Below are positions 9,581-19,052 of a stretch of 64,000 bases of DNA, piece by piece. The position numbers were made by a program, and so were the translations under genes. The number at the start of each line of letters is the position of its first letter. Positions within the stretch are counted from its first letter, which is position 1. This DNA is from Candidatus Multivoradales bacterium (GTDB lineage Bacteria > Acidobacteriota > Thermoanaerobaculia > Multivoradales > J023): assembly GCA_965248925.1 (NCBI GenBank), contig CBDFLE010000006.1:3360001-3424000 (forward strand), read 5' to 3'. The notes beneath the pieces were generated by a model. It made no database searches. It worked only from the letters and a program-made list of their open reading frames with translations, and was not told the DNA's origin.

Positions 9581-10030
9581 CTTCTATGTTGCCACCCAAG
9601 TCGGCAGAATCATCGGAGATCGCAGTTCTCCGGCTCTGAAGAACGCACACTCCTGCTCTTTGGCGTCTCGGTCGGGCGCCTTGATCGAGGGTTTGTGACT
9701 TTGAGCTTGTTGAAATCGTCTTTGCCAGAGACGGGAGGCCAGCCGCTCTAACTCATAGGCGTTTCTAGGGTAGACCTCTCCTGTGGAGAGTTGAAGTTAC
9801 TTTCGAACTCGGTCCCTTGCGCTTTGGTCAAGGCGGTGATGGCAACCGTGACAACGTTGTCTATCCGGGCGAGCGGGTTGGACCCGCACGGCTACAGGGC
9901 TGTCCGGCGTTGCTCGATATGCCTCGACGAACAGGCGGTATGCTTCCTTCAGCTGTTCTCGGACCGCCTTTGACGCGGCATGCACGGCTACGTTTGGGGT
10001 GGCACCCCGAGGGCAGGCACCCCGAGGGCA
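9581..10030 (-). mobile_element. non-autonomous, internally deleted copy B of the RAYT-like element
   Basis: Homologous to 5927-6415 with a deletion between CTCGAT microhomologies, then joined to the end motif TACGTTTGGGGTGGCACCCC; GGCACCCCGAGGGCA x2 at 10001-10030. Confidence 0.85.
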
Positions 10031-10132
10031 GGATCTCTTGGCGTGGCCAAAGGCACATGCAGCTGCGCTCCTGTGGCATACTCACTAGGTATTTTCCACC
10101 ATCGAAATCGCTCATCGTCGTAGGGACCCCAG

Positions 10133-10750
10133 GTGAGTCGACTGCCAGCCGAGGCCGGGAGTGCTAGCGACCCGATCGCTGCCGCCATCGAGGCGTTTCA
10201 GCGTGGTGTTGATCGCGAGCGCAGCTTCCGGACCATCTTCGAGCGCTTCCACGCGCCCGTCAGGCGCTTCTTCGCCCGTCGCGGCGTGCCGGCCGAGGAA
10301 TGCCCCGATCTAACCCAAGAGGTGTTTCTCGGGATTTATCGTGGACTGGCGAGCTGGCGGCCGGAGGCTCGTTTCGAAACCTGGCTGTTTCACATCGCCA
10401 ACACCACCTGGCTGAAGCGCTTGCGTCACCAGGCGGCGAACAAACGCGCCGGCATCGAGCTGGCGACCGACGATATCGAAGCGTTCGAGCCCGCATTGTG
10501 GCTGGCGGATCGGCAACTCGACCGGCTGCTCGACGGCGAACGCCAACAGGCTTTGCATCAGGCCGTGACCGAGCTTCCCGCGCAGATGCGTAAGTGCTTG
10601 ACTCTGCGGCTCTACCACGACTTGAAGTACCGGGAGATCGCCAGCTTGCAACGGATCTCGCTGGACACCGTGAAAGCTCATCTGTTCCAAGCACGGCAGA
10701 AGCTCAAGCTCAGGCTGAGCGATTTTGCCACCGAGGAACTGCCTTGGTGA
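10133..10750 (+). CDS. ECF RNA polymerase sigma-70 factor
   Basis: DLTQEVF, FETWLFHIANT, LKYREIA, TVKAHLFQARQKLK. Confidence 0.95.
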   Translation: MSRLPAEAGSASDPIAAAIEAFQRGVDRERSFRTIFERFHAPVRRFFARRGVPAEECPDLTQEVFLGIYRGLASWRPEARFETWLFHIANTTWLKRLRHQAANKRAGIELATDDIEAFEPALWLADRQLDRLLDGERQQALHQAVTELPAQMRKCLTLRLYHDLKYREIASLQRISLDTVKAHLFQARQKLKLRLSDFATEELPW

Positions 10751-11553
10751 GCGGGAGGAACGAAGTGGAGAACACCGATCATCGTGCCCTGCGCGCGGCG
10801 CTGGCAGACGAGGCCAGTGGCGGTGATTTGTTGGCCGCTCACCCCATTGCCGACACTTTGCTGGCCTATCTCGAGGGCACTCTGGAGGGTGCCGAGGCGG
10901 AGCGGATCGCGGACCACTTGGTGGCTTGCCGCGAGTGTGGACGGGCAGCGATCGATCTTGGTGACTTCGCATCCGGCGAAACCGAGGAGGTTGCGGAGTT
11001 CGCTACCGTCGCCGCTTGGCGGGCTTTTAAGGAACATCTTCCAGAGCAGGACGCAAGCGCCCGATCACGACCCAGTCCGAATTCCCGATCCACCCTTCAC
11101 TGGCCGAGCCGGGCCTTAGCGGCGAGCCTGGTGGTGGCATGTCTGGGTTTGCTGCTGTGGGGCGGTGCCTTGCGGCGCTCGTTGGGCCGGGCCGAAGCGA
11201 CGGTTGTCGAGTTGGAGGCGGCCCAGCTCGAGGTGCCGATCCTCTATCTCGAAGGCGCCGTGCGCGATCAGGCGGCAGCGGTGGCGGAGATTGCCCGAAG
11301 GGCTGGTCCGGGCCGATTCTTGATCGTCCTGACACCGCCGCCAGGAGCCTCGTTCAGGGGCTTGGCAGTCGAGGTGGTGGATTCGGTGGGGCGGCCCCTG
11401 TGGTCGGCCAGTGACCTCGACTTGAGTGAGTACGGCACCTTGCGAATCGGGCTGTCTCGGGCTCAACTGCCGGCTGGCGACTTCTTGTTGCTGCTGCGTG
11501 ATCGATCTGGTGACCTGCTGGCCGAGTATCCACTGCGATTGTCCGATCACTGA
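10747..11553 (+). CDS. zf-HC2 membrane anti-sigma factor
   Basis: HLVACREC zinc motif and one TM helix; GTGA overlap with the sigma stop. Confidence 0.85.
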   Translation: MSGRNEVENTDHRALRAALADEASGGDLLAAHPIADTLLAYLEGTLEGAEAERIADHLVACRECGRAAIDLGDFASGETEEVAEFATVAAWRAFKEHLPEQDASARSRPSPNSRSTLHWPSRALAASLVVACLGLLLWGGALRRSLGRAEATVVELEAAQLEVPILYLEGAVRDQAAAVAEIARRAGPGRFLIVLTPPPGASFRGLAVEVVDSVGRPLWSASDLDLSEYGTLRIGLSRAQLPAGDFLLLLRDRSGDLLAEYPLRLSDH

Positions 11554-11564
11554 GGGGTCGAGGC

Positions 11565-14500
11565 TTGCCGGCCAGGTACCTGCAGCTTGCCGTCTTCTCG
11601 CTGCTTTGCTGGGCGCTCCTCAGCGGCTGCGCCCCGCCCGCGGTCCACACCGATTCAAGCCAGCCCGGCCAAGCTGCCAAGACCTTGGTGGCCGGAATGC
11701 AGCTCGAACAAGTGCCGCGAGATGCCGACGATGCTCGGACTTTCATCGTCGAGATGCAAGCGGGCGACTACCTGCAACTGCACGTCGAGCAACTCGGTGT
11801 GGATGTGCTGCTGCGGCTGTCGTCGCCAAGTGGCTTACCCCTGCTCGAAGTCGATAGCCCGACCGGTCGCCAAGGTTTTGAGCGGCTGTATTTTGTGACC
11901 TCTGAGAGCGGTTCTTATCTTCTGCGAGTGGAGCCCTTTGCTGCACCCGAGATGGGTGGTCACTTCGTGCTGCGGGTCGAAGCGCAGGGCTTGGCCTCAC
12001 CGCGACAGCGCTTGCAGGCCGCCGCGGCGGCGGCGGAGTGGGCGGCACGGGTAGAGTCTGAGCCGGCCGAGGTGCGCGCTCATCTGCGGCAGGCGTGGCG
12101 TCTGTGGCAGCAAGCGGCGGCCCCCGCGGCGGTGGCTAATGTCGAGATGCAACTGGCGGAGCTGGATCAGCTCGTGGGGCACATCGATGCCGCCAACACC
12201 GGTTTTCGCAGGGCCGCCGCGGGCTTCGAGGTCGCCGGGGAGCCGCTGCAGCAGGCCACCGCGCTGCTCAGTCTGGGGTCGATGTATTACCGCTTGGATC
12301 GCTTGCCCGAGGCCATTGCGGTTTACCGTCTGGCGTTGGCGCCGGCCGCGGCTTCGACCGGCAGGCATCTCGAAGCAGATTTGCTCTTTAACCTGGGCAC
12401 CAGCCATCTGCTGCGCGGCGAGTTACAGCAGGCGCTCGACTACCACGAGCGCGAGGCCGCGGTGCGAGGCGAGGCCGAAACGATGGCCGAGCGGGCCGAG
12501 CGGCTGCACAACCTCGGCATCCTCAACTGGCAACTCGGTCGCTGGCAGCGGGCGGTGGACCTGCTGAGCGAGGCTGTTGGACTTTTTGCTCAGCTCGGCG
12601 ATCAGCGAAGGTGGGCCAACAGTCTGGTGCAGCTGGGAGAGGCACAGCGCAACCGCGGTGAGCCGGAGGCGGCTGAGGAGAGCTACCTCCAAGCCCTCGC
12701 CATTCAACGCCAGCTCGACTCAAGCCGCGAGCTTTCGACCACTTTGGTTGCCCTGGGGCTGCTGCACAAGGAAAACGGCCGTCTGGAGAGTGCCCGTGAA
12801 CTCTACCTGGAGGTTCTGGAGCGCAGCGCGGAACTCAGCCGAGCCGATCGCGCCACCACGTTGCACAACCTGGCGGCGATCGACCGCGCTCAGGGTCGGC
12901 CCGAGGCTGCGCTGCGGCGCTCTGTTAAGAGCCTGGCGCTGCATCGCCGGAGCGGCAGCGTTCACTTGCAGGCCCATGCCCTGGTGGGTTTGGCGGCGGC
13001 AGAACGTCAACTCGCCTTGCTGACCGAGGCTCGGCGGCATCTGGAACAGGCTTTGGAACTCTTTGAGTCGACCCGTTACGCGGTGCTCACCGCTAGTCGG
13101 CGGTCATCGTACCTGGCCACTGTGCAGCCGCACTACGGCAACTACATCGACTTGCTGGTCGAGCTCGGTGAGCCGGCGGCGGCGCTAGCGGCGGTCGAGC
13201 GCTCTCGAGCGCGCTCATTGCTCGATGCCTTGAGCCTTGCGGCGCTGGCGGTTGACGGTGAAGAGGATGCTGAGCTGCTGGCCGCAGAAGAGCGGGCCCG
13301 AGGCCAAGTTGAAGAGCTGGCGGCGCGCCGCCAAGCGCTCAGCCTGCGCGCGGTCGCGCCGCCTGACCTGCTGCCGCGAGTCGAGGCCGACTTGCGGCTG
13401 GCGCTAGACCGGCTGGAGGTGGCCAGCGATCGGCGGCGAGCAGGGAACCCCCGCTACCGCGAGCTGACCCGGCCTCGACCGCTCGATGTCGGCTCGATTC
13501 GGGGCTTGCTCGATGCCGACACCCAGTTGCTGGAGCTACATTTGGGCGAACGCCGCAGTTTTCTCTGGCTGGTGGATGACCAAAGTCTCGAACTCTTTGA
13601 GTTGCCACCGGCGGCTGTTCTAGAGCAGGCCGCGCGCGCCGCCTATCTGGCCCTGGGGCGCAGTCACCACCGCGAAGGCCATCGTCAGGCTGAGCAGGCT
13701 CTGTGTGATCTTTCGCGGCAGCTACTTGGTGTGGTCGGAGAGAGTCTGAGGGCTCATCGATTGGTGATGGTGGCGGATGGCGCGCTGCGCTACCTTCCTC
13801 TGGCGGTGCTTCCGGACCCTCGCCAGCTGGCCGCCGCCTGCGATGGGGTGGTACCCCTGGTGGAGAATTTCGAAGTTGTCAGCCTACCCTCAGTTTCGGT
13901 GTTGGCCGAAATACGGCGTGGCCACCGCGGGCAGGATCTGGGACTGCCGAGTTCGCCGACGCTGGCCGTGCTAGCCGACCCGGTGGTTGCTGCCGACGAT
14001 CCGCGGCTGAGGGGGCTGTTGCAGGATACAGACCTACCGTCGGCGTCGGCTGGGCTACGTCGCTTGCCCTTCTCTGGCCAGGAAGCGGCCACAATTCTGG
14101 CCCTGGCCGAGGCGGACTCAGGTTGGTCAGCGTTGGCGTTTGCCGCCGCCAAACCGGCACTGGCCGATCCCCGACTGATGGCTGCGGACATCGTCCACTT
14201 TGCGGTCCACGGAGTGCTCGACAGTGAGCATCCGGAGTTGTCCGGACTGATGTTGTCGCGTTTCGACCGCGGTGGTCAGGCACGCGACGGATTCTTGAGT
14301 GTCCACCAAGTCTACAACTTGCGTCTCGATGCCAAGTTGGTAGTGCTGTCGGCGTGTCGTACAGCGCTGGGGCGGGAGATCCGAGGCGAGGGTCTGGTGG
14401 GTCTTACCCGTGGATTTATGTTTGCCGGTGCCGAGCGCGTGCTGGTCAGCCTGTGGAATGTCGACGATGCGGCCACCGCCGAACTCATGGAGCGGTTCTA

Positions 14501-14633
14501 TCGTGCTCTGTTGCACGACCACTTGCGGCCCTCGGCGGCGCTGCGTCGCGCACAACTCGAATTGCGCCGCCAGCCGGGCCGTCAGGCACCTTTTTTTTGG
14601 GCTGGTTTCGAGTTACAAGGCGATTGGCGATGA
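11565..14633 (+). CDS. TPR-CHAT (caspase-like) protein, lipoprotein-like N-terminus
   Basis: Lipobox LSGC, PPC-like domain, TPR repeats, CHAT dyad HFAVHG and LSAC, FWAGFELQGDW end. Confidence 0.95.
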   Translation: MPARYLQLAVFSLLCWALLSGCAPPAVHTDSSQPGQAAKTLVAGMQLEQVPRDADDARTFIVEMQAGDYLQLHVEQLGVDVLLRLSSPSGLPLLEVDSPTGRQGFERLYFVTSESGSYLLRVEPFAAPEMGGHFVLRVEAQGLASPRQRLQAAAAAAEWAARVESEPAEVRAHLRQAWRLWQQAAAPAAVANVEMQLAELDQLVGHIDAANTGFRRAAAGFEVAGEPLQQATALLSLGSMYYRLDRLPEAIAVYRLALAPAAASTGRHLEADLLFNLGTSHLLRGELQQALDYHEREAAVRGEAETMAERAERLHNLGILNWQLGRWQRAVDLLSEAVGLFAQLGDQRRWANSLVQLGEAQRNRGEPEAAEESYLQALAIQRQLDSSRELSTTLVALGLLHKENGRLESARELYLEVLERSAELSRADRATTLHNLAAIDRAQGRPEAALRRSVKSLALHRRSGSVHLQAHALVGLAAAERQLALLTEARRHLEQALELFESTRYAVLTASRRSSYLATVQPHYGNYIDLLVELGEPAAALAAVERSRARSLLDALSLAALAVDGEEDAELLAAEERARGQVEELAARRQALSLRAVAPPDLLPRVEADLRLALDRLEVASDRRRAGNPRYRELTRPRPLDVGSIRGLLDADTQLLELHLGERRSFLWLVDDQSLELFELPPAAVLEQAARAAYLALGRSHHREGHRQAEQALCDLSRQLLGVVGESLRAHRLVMVADGALRYLPLAVLPDPRQLAAACDGVVPLVENFEVVSLPSVSVLAEIRRGHRGQDLGLPSSPTLAVLADPVVAADDPRLRGLLQDTDLPSASAGLRRLPFSGQEAATILALAEADSGWSALAFAAAKPALADPRLMAADIVHFAVHGVLDSEHPELSGLMLSRFDRGGQARDGFLSVHQVYNLRLDAKLVVLSACRTALGREIRGEGLVGLTRGFMFAGAERVLVSLWNVDDAATAELMERFYRALLHDHLRPSAALRRAQLELRRQPGRQAPFFWAGFELQGDWR

Positions 14634-14715
14634 AAAGCAGGGAGCCGGCTAAACCCTTCGGCAGGTTTTGGATTCGAGGCTGCAGAAGACTGGATATGAC
14701 AAAGGAGCGAAGCCG

Positions 14716-15189
14716 ATGAGTGACCCCCTACTAGCGCCCTACGAAAAGATCCTTATCAACACAGAACTCGACCTGGTTCGCTTGGCTGAGCAGGTGACCC
14801 AGCAGGGCCGCTGGCTCGAAGTGGGCGGTGTCATGGTGGCCCTCGAGCTGGTGCACCGCGGTCGCCAGACGCTGCCGGGTTGGGACATCCAACCCTCCAA
14901 TCCGGAGAAAGTCGATCAGATCACCATCCCACCGCCCGACCCCTCTGGATTGATCGGCGAGTTGCCCCACCGTCCGGCGGCGGATTTGCTCGAAGCCGCA
15001 CTGGCCGACTTGCTCGAGCTGCTCAGAGTTGCCGCTGATAGAGAAGATCGCCTGCCGCTCAATGCTTCTCTTCCGGCGTTGCTGCTGGTCGACCGCGCCC
15101 GCCGAGCGGTATCCGGACAGATGGCGGGTGGCAGAGGCGGTGCCAAGGTCGAGCCGCCGGCGCCGATGCCTCCTGATCCCGGTAGCTGA
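14716..15189 (+). CDS. hypothetical protein, two internal repeats ending in PPDP
   Basis: RBS AAGGAG; halves end EKVDQITIPPPDPS and AKVEPPAPMPPDPGS. Confidence 0.7.
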   Translation: MSDPLLAPYEKILINTELDLVRLAEQVTQQGRWLEVGGVMVALELVHRGRQTLPGWDIQPSNPEKVDQITIPPPDPSGLIGELPHRPAADLLEAALADLLELLRVAADREDRLPLNASLPALLLVDRARRAVSGQMAGGRGGAKVEPPAPMPPDPGS

Positions 15190-15316
15190 GAGGCCACTCT
15201 TCTCATCCCATCTCTCGGTCCGGGCCGGGCAGCATCGCTTCCCGGGGTCGGATTGTAGCCAACCAGATGGCAGTGATTCCTTCGCCAGACGACTAGCCCT
15301 TACCTGGAGCACGACC

Positions 15317-15460
15317 ATGACGATCAAGATTCCCAAAGATCCGGCAGGAGAACTGCCGGGCGGTCTCGCAAAGCGCCCCCCTCCGCGGACCTATGACGGC
15401 CCGATGCACCCCGCCAAGCTCCCGCCGCCGACTCCGCCGCCGGTGGACAATGGCGGCTGA
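15317..15460 (+). CDS. 47-aa Pro-rich small peptide
   Basis: RBS GGAG; MTIKIPKDPAGELPGGLAKRPPPRTYDGPMHPAKLPPPTPPPVDNGG; followed by a strong hairpin. Confidence 0.55.
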   Translation: MTIKIPKDPAGELPGGLAKRPPPRTYDGPMHPAKLPPPTPPPVDNGG

Positions 15461-15468
15461 GCAGAAGC

Positions 15469-15506
15469 CGCGGGCATTCGCCGGTGATTGGGCGGGTGCC
15501 CGCGGG
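15469..15506 (+). terminator. GC-rich stem-loop after the small peptide gene
   Basis: CCGCGGGCATTCGCC / GGCGGGTGCCCGCGG; no U-tract. Confidence 0.5.
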
Positions 15507-15703
15507 GTCTGCGACGAGATCGCGGTGGGTCGACAGAGGTGAAGGGCTAGAGTGCGAGTGAGTGCTCCCTACCGGTTCGCCGTCAGGTCCGCAGAGCGAT
15601 GCGCGGATAGACCCAGCTGCTGCATCGCCCGCTGGTCGCTCAGCCGCGGCTCCGGAAGAGCCGATCTAGGTTCTACTTCAGGGTGCCATGAGCAGGACAT
15701 GCC

Positions 15704-16084
15704 TCACGCCTGCAACCACAGCAAGACGGCGAAGATCAGCACTGTCGCGGTGACGAAGCTCTGCACCCAGCGGTGGCCTTTGAGCACCGTCAACCGGGCG
15801 CCGAGGGCGCCACCGACCATGGTGCCGGCGGCTAGCGCCAGGCCGTAGCTCCACCACACCTTGCCGTGGTAGGCGAAGACCGCCAGGGCGAGGCCGGTGA
15901 GACAGAGGATGGTGAGCACTTTGACCGCGTTGCCGCGCACCATGTCGAGGCCGGCGGCGGTGGTGGCGGCGAGCACTAGAAACCCGACTCCGGCCTGGAC
16001 GAAACCACCGTAAGTGCCGACGGCGAAGAAACCCGCGGCAAGGGCCAACGGGTGCGCCGGGCCGGTCACTGGTTGGCTGGGTGC
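15704..16084 (-). repeat. 381-bp direct-repeat copy of the 3' half of the TauE/SafE gene (26740-27120)
   Basis: Aligned by eye with about 10 substitutions, five in the last ~50 bp of the gene. Confidence 0.95.
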
Positions 16085-16390
16085 GAGTACGGTTTGGGTG
16101 GCACCCTGAGAGGGCTATGCGCCGCCCCGAATCTCCTCTGCCGGCAGATGTCGCCAGCAGGTAGAAGGAATCGGCATTGGAGGCAGTGCGTGGTGATTTC
16201 GAAGGTGGCGCCGCCGGGGCGAATGTGTCGGAGATGTCTTGCCATACCCTCTCTCGACGAGGAGAGGGTTGCCAATCTTGCGGTTTGGAGGAGAGAAAGC
16301 TGGCGGATTCTGAGACCGACTGGGAACGCTGTTCCTGGCCTGTCGGATAAGTTGTTGAAAACAACAGAGTACGAGGTGGGTGGTGCCCTT
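16085..16390 (-). mobile_element. copy C of the RAYT-like element: two end motifs plus N-terminal transposase fragment (16149-16245)
   Basis: MARHLRHIRPGGATFEITTHCLQCRFLLPAGD vs copy A MSRLLRHLRPGGAIFEITTRCLQSRFLLPADG; motifs GAGTACGGTTTGGGTGGCACCC (16085) and GAGTACGAGGTGGGTGGTGCCC (16367). Confidence 0.85.
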
Positions 16391-17520
16391 GTGGGCGCCG
16401 ATGCCTCCTGATCCCGGTAGTTGACCTTCAGATCGTCACTTTGGCGAGCCAAGTGAGGTCGGTTTGCCAAGAACGGCGCAACTTGACCTCGCGCTCGAAC
16501 ATAACTGGTGTTTTCCGCAGGAGTAGCGTGTAGGGGCTGCCGCTGCGGCGTGTGGTGTGGCCTACTGGCAGCTCGTGCTGGTCGAGCCTTTCATGCACAT
16601 GCCTTCGTCCTTGCTTGGCAAGTGGCCATTCGAGTTCCTGCCGCGATGGACTGGACAGAAAACGGCGGAGTTTGGCGCAGAGCCGACAGTGGCAATCTGT
16701 CGGTAGATCGATGGACCAATCACCCGGCTTGCGGGGAGCTGAAGTGAGCTGCGCCTTCAGCCGCCGTTGACAGATTTGCTGGATGGCGGTGAGGGCAGGG
16801 GAGGTCTTCCATTGGGTTGGTTTCTTCCGCCCAGCAGTCCGCAGTAGTTGCATCAAGCAAGGGTGCAGCGCCGCATTCTTCTTGAGGCGAAGAAAGGCCA
16901 CTACTTCGTTTCGTAGAGCTGCCGCCCCGCTGGCCGCGGCACCTTCGAGGATGCCGAGGATCGGCTTGGCGAGAGCCTTCACCTCACGCTCCTGGATGCT
17001 AGGTCTCATACCGCAGCGTAGAGTTTGCTGTATTTCCTTTCTCAACCATGCCCAGCGCTCTTCTAAGAGCAGCTTCGCACACCTTCGACCCCGAGTACTG
17101 ATGGCACCTAGGGACGCGCACAGGTGGGGTAGTGAGCCGAGCCAAGTAAGTGGGTTCCGTTGGCGGTAATCCTGCTGGGCGGCCCACTGTGAGAGTAGGG
17201 ACCTGGTCCAGTCTTCGCCATAGCCCTTGGCCAGCGCTATCCAAGCGGACGCACACCTCGCTCTGAGGTCCTCGACGCAGAAGGGTTCGAGGAGGCCAGT
17301 GGCCAACGCTGGGCTGGCCAGAGCCTCGGCGACTTGCAGAGTTTGATCGAAGAATCCACGACGTTTCTCGGCCGGGACGGTCTCTGCCCAGAAAGACATC
17401 AGAGAGGTGGCCAGATCCTGGGCCTCGGTGAGCTTGCCACGGCGCAGGTGCTGCCTCAGGCTTTGTAGGGCCCAGGCGGGCGGAATGTGTCAATGAGAAT
17501 GAGACACTTTCTTCTGGGAA

Positions 17521-18642
17521 TTAGTACGGAATCGGTAGTGGCTCCGGCACCATCGCTTTCAACGAGGGCGCGCAGGCAGGTGTCTCGCCTGGTGCGTCGT
17601 CGTCTACGCGGTGTGTCACCTCGTTCTCGGTATCGGCTGGGTCAGTGCTGGTGGTGGTGATCGGCGGGTTGATCCAGACCTCGCCACTGGGCTCCGGCAA
17701 AGCCGGCGTTCGCCGCTTGAAGCGGCTCGGATGAGCGGCTGAGGCGGCGGCGAGGACTTCTCGACGTTGCTCCAGCACTGAGGCCGTGAGGCCGTAGTGG
17801 ACGGTCTCTGGCGTCAACAAACCGAGTCCTGTGTGGTAGTGCTGCGTGTTGTACCAGCCGAGGAACGAGCGGCAGAACGCTCGTGCATCTTCCAGTGATC
17901 CGAAGCGGTCGGGAAAGCTCGGATGGTACTTGAGCGTCTTGAACTGGGCCTCAGAGAACGGATTGTCGTTGCTCGTGTAGGGCCGGTTCAGCGACCGTGT
18001 CATCCCGAGATCGGCCAGCAGTAGAGCCACTGGCTTGGATGTCATGCTCGAACCGCGGTCCGAGTGCAAGGTAAGTCGATCTCGCTCAACACCTTGCTTC
18101 TCAACACTGTCGGCGATCAACCGCTTCGCGAGTCCTCCGGACTCGCGGGAGGCGAGCATCCAGCCGACGATGTAGCGGCTGAAGACGTCCAGAATTACGT
18201 AAAGGTAGTAGTAGGTCCACTTCACCGGGCCCTTGAGCTTGGTGATGTCCCACGACCACACCTCGTTCGGCCCTGTGGCCAGCAGTTCGGGCTTGGTGTA
18301 GTTGGGATGACGCCGCTGACGGCGTCGCTCGCGCAGCTCGCCCTCAGACTCCAGGACCCGGTACATGGTGCGCACCGAGCAGATATGGCGCTGGTCCTCG
18401 TCCAGCAGCGCCGCCCAGACTTGACGCGGCGAGCGGTCGACGAAGCGCTCCGAGTGCAACACATCGAGGACCTCCTGGCGTTCAGCGGGCGTCAATGCCA
18501 GCGGCGGTCGACGCCGCGTCAATAGTCTCGGCCCTGCGCTCTGCTGCCGACGGCGGCGATAGAAAGTGGCTCTGGGGACCGCCAAGGCGACGCAGGCTGC
18601 TTGCACCCCCACCGTCAATGCCAGCGGCGCCACAGCGCTCAT
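17521..18642 (-). CDS. IS3 OrfB DDE transposase
   Basis: WSWDITK, HSDRG, NDNPFSEAQFKTLK motifs. Confidence 0.95.
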   Translation of the reverse strand: MSAVAPLALTVGVQAACVALAVPRATFYRRRRQQSAGPRLLTRRRPPLALTPAERQEVLDVLHSERFVDRSPRQVWAALLDEDQRHICSVRTMYRVLESEGELRERRRQRRHPNYTKPELLATGPNEVWSWDITKLKGPVKWTYYYLYVILDVFSRYIVGWMLASRESGGLAKRLIADSVEKQGVERDRLTLHSDRGSSMTSKPVALLLADLGMTRSLNRPYTSNDNPFSEAQFKTLKYHPSFPDRFGSLEDARAFCRSFLGWYNTQHYHTGLGLLTPETVHYGLTASVLEQRREVLAAASAAHPSRFKRRTPALPEPSGEVWINPPITTTSTDPADTENEVTHRVDDDAPGETPACAPSLKAMVPEPLPIPY

Positions 18643-19052
18643 GACTGGCTCTCGCTCGGCTCGATCCCTAGCAGTCGGGAAAGTTTTTTTTGGACATCGA
18701 TGATCGTCTCGGCTTTGTACAGCTGATGCTTGAGCCGGGCAATCTCACGCTCAAGCTCCGCGACGCGGCGGGCCTCAGCAGAGACCGACCGACGCTTACG
18801 ACCGCGCTTCTTCGACAAACCGGCCAGAGCACTGGCATCGCGTTGTTGGCGCCAATTCGATAGTAGAGATGAATACAGACCCTCCCGGCGAAGCAGGGCG
18901 CCAATCTCGCCGGGCTTGCTACACGCGTCGGCGGCCTGGACGATGCTCAGCTTGTACGACGCGCTGTACCGCCGCCGCTTCGCCTTCTCAGTTACCTCGG
19001 GATCTGGTCGGTCAGCACTCATATCTCGCAGCTCGTGGCTTGGACTCGCCAT
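18639..19052 (-). CDS. IS3 OrfA (HTH and leucine zipper)
   Basis: GEIGALLRREGLYSSLLSNWR; A8 slippery run near the 3' end; ATGA overlap with orfB. Confidence 0.9.
   Translation of the reverse strand: MASPSHELRDMSADRPDPEVTEKAKRRRYSASYKLSIVQAADACSKPGEIGALLRREGLYSSLLSNWRQQRDASALAGLSKKRGRKRRSVSAEARRVAELEREIARLKHQLYKAETIIDVQKKLSRLLGIEPSESQS

Noticed and set aside
15704-16084. Assembly artefact explaining the tauE duplication
   Set aside because: The copies differ at about 10 positions and have distinct flanks
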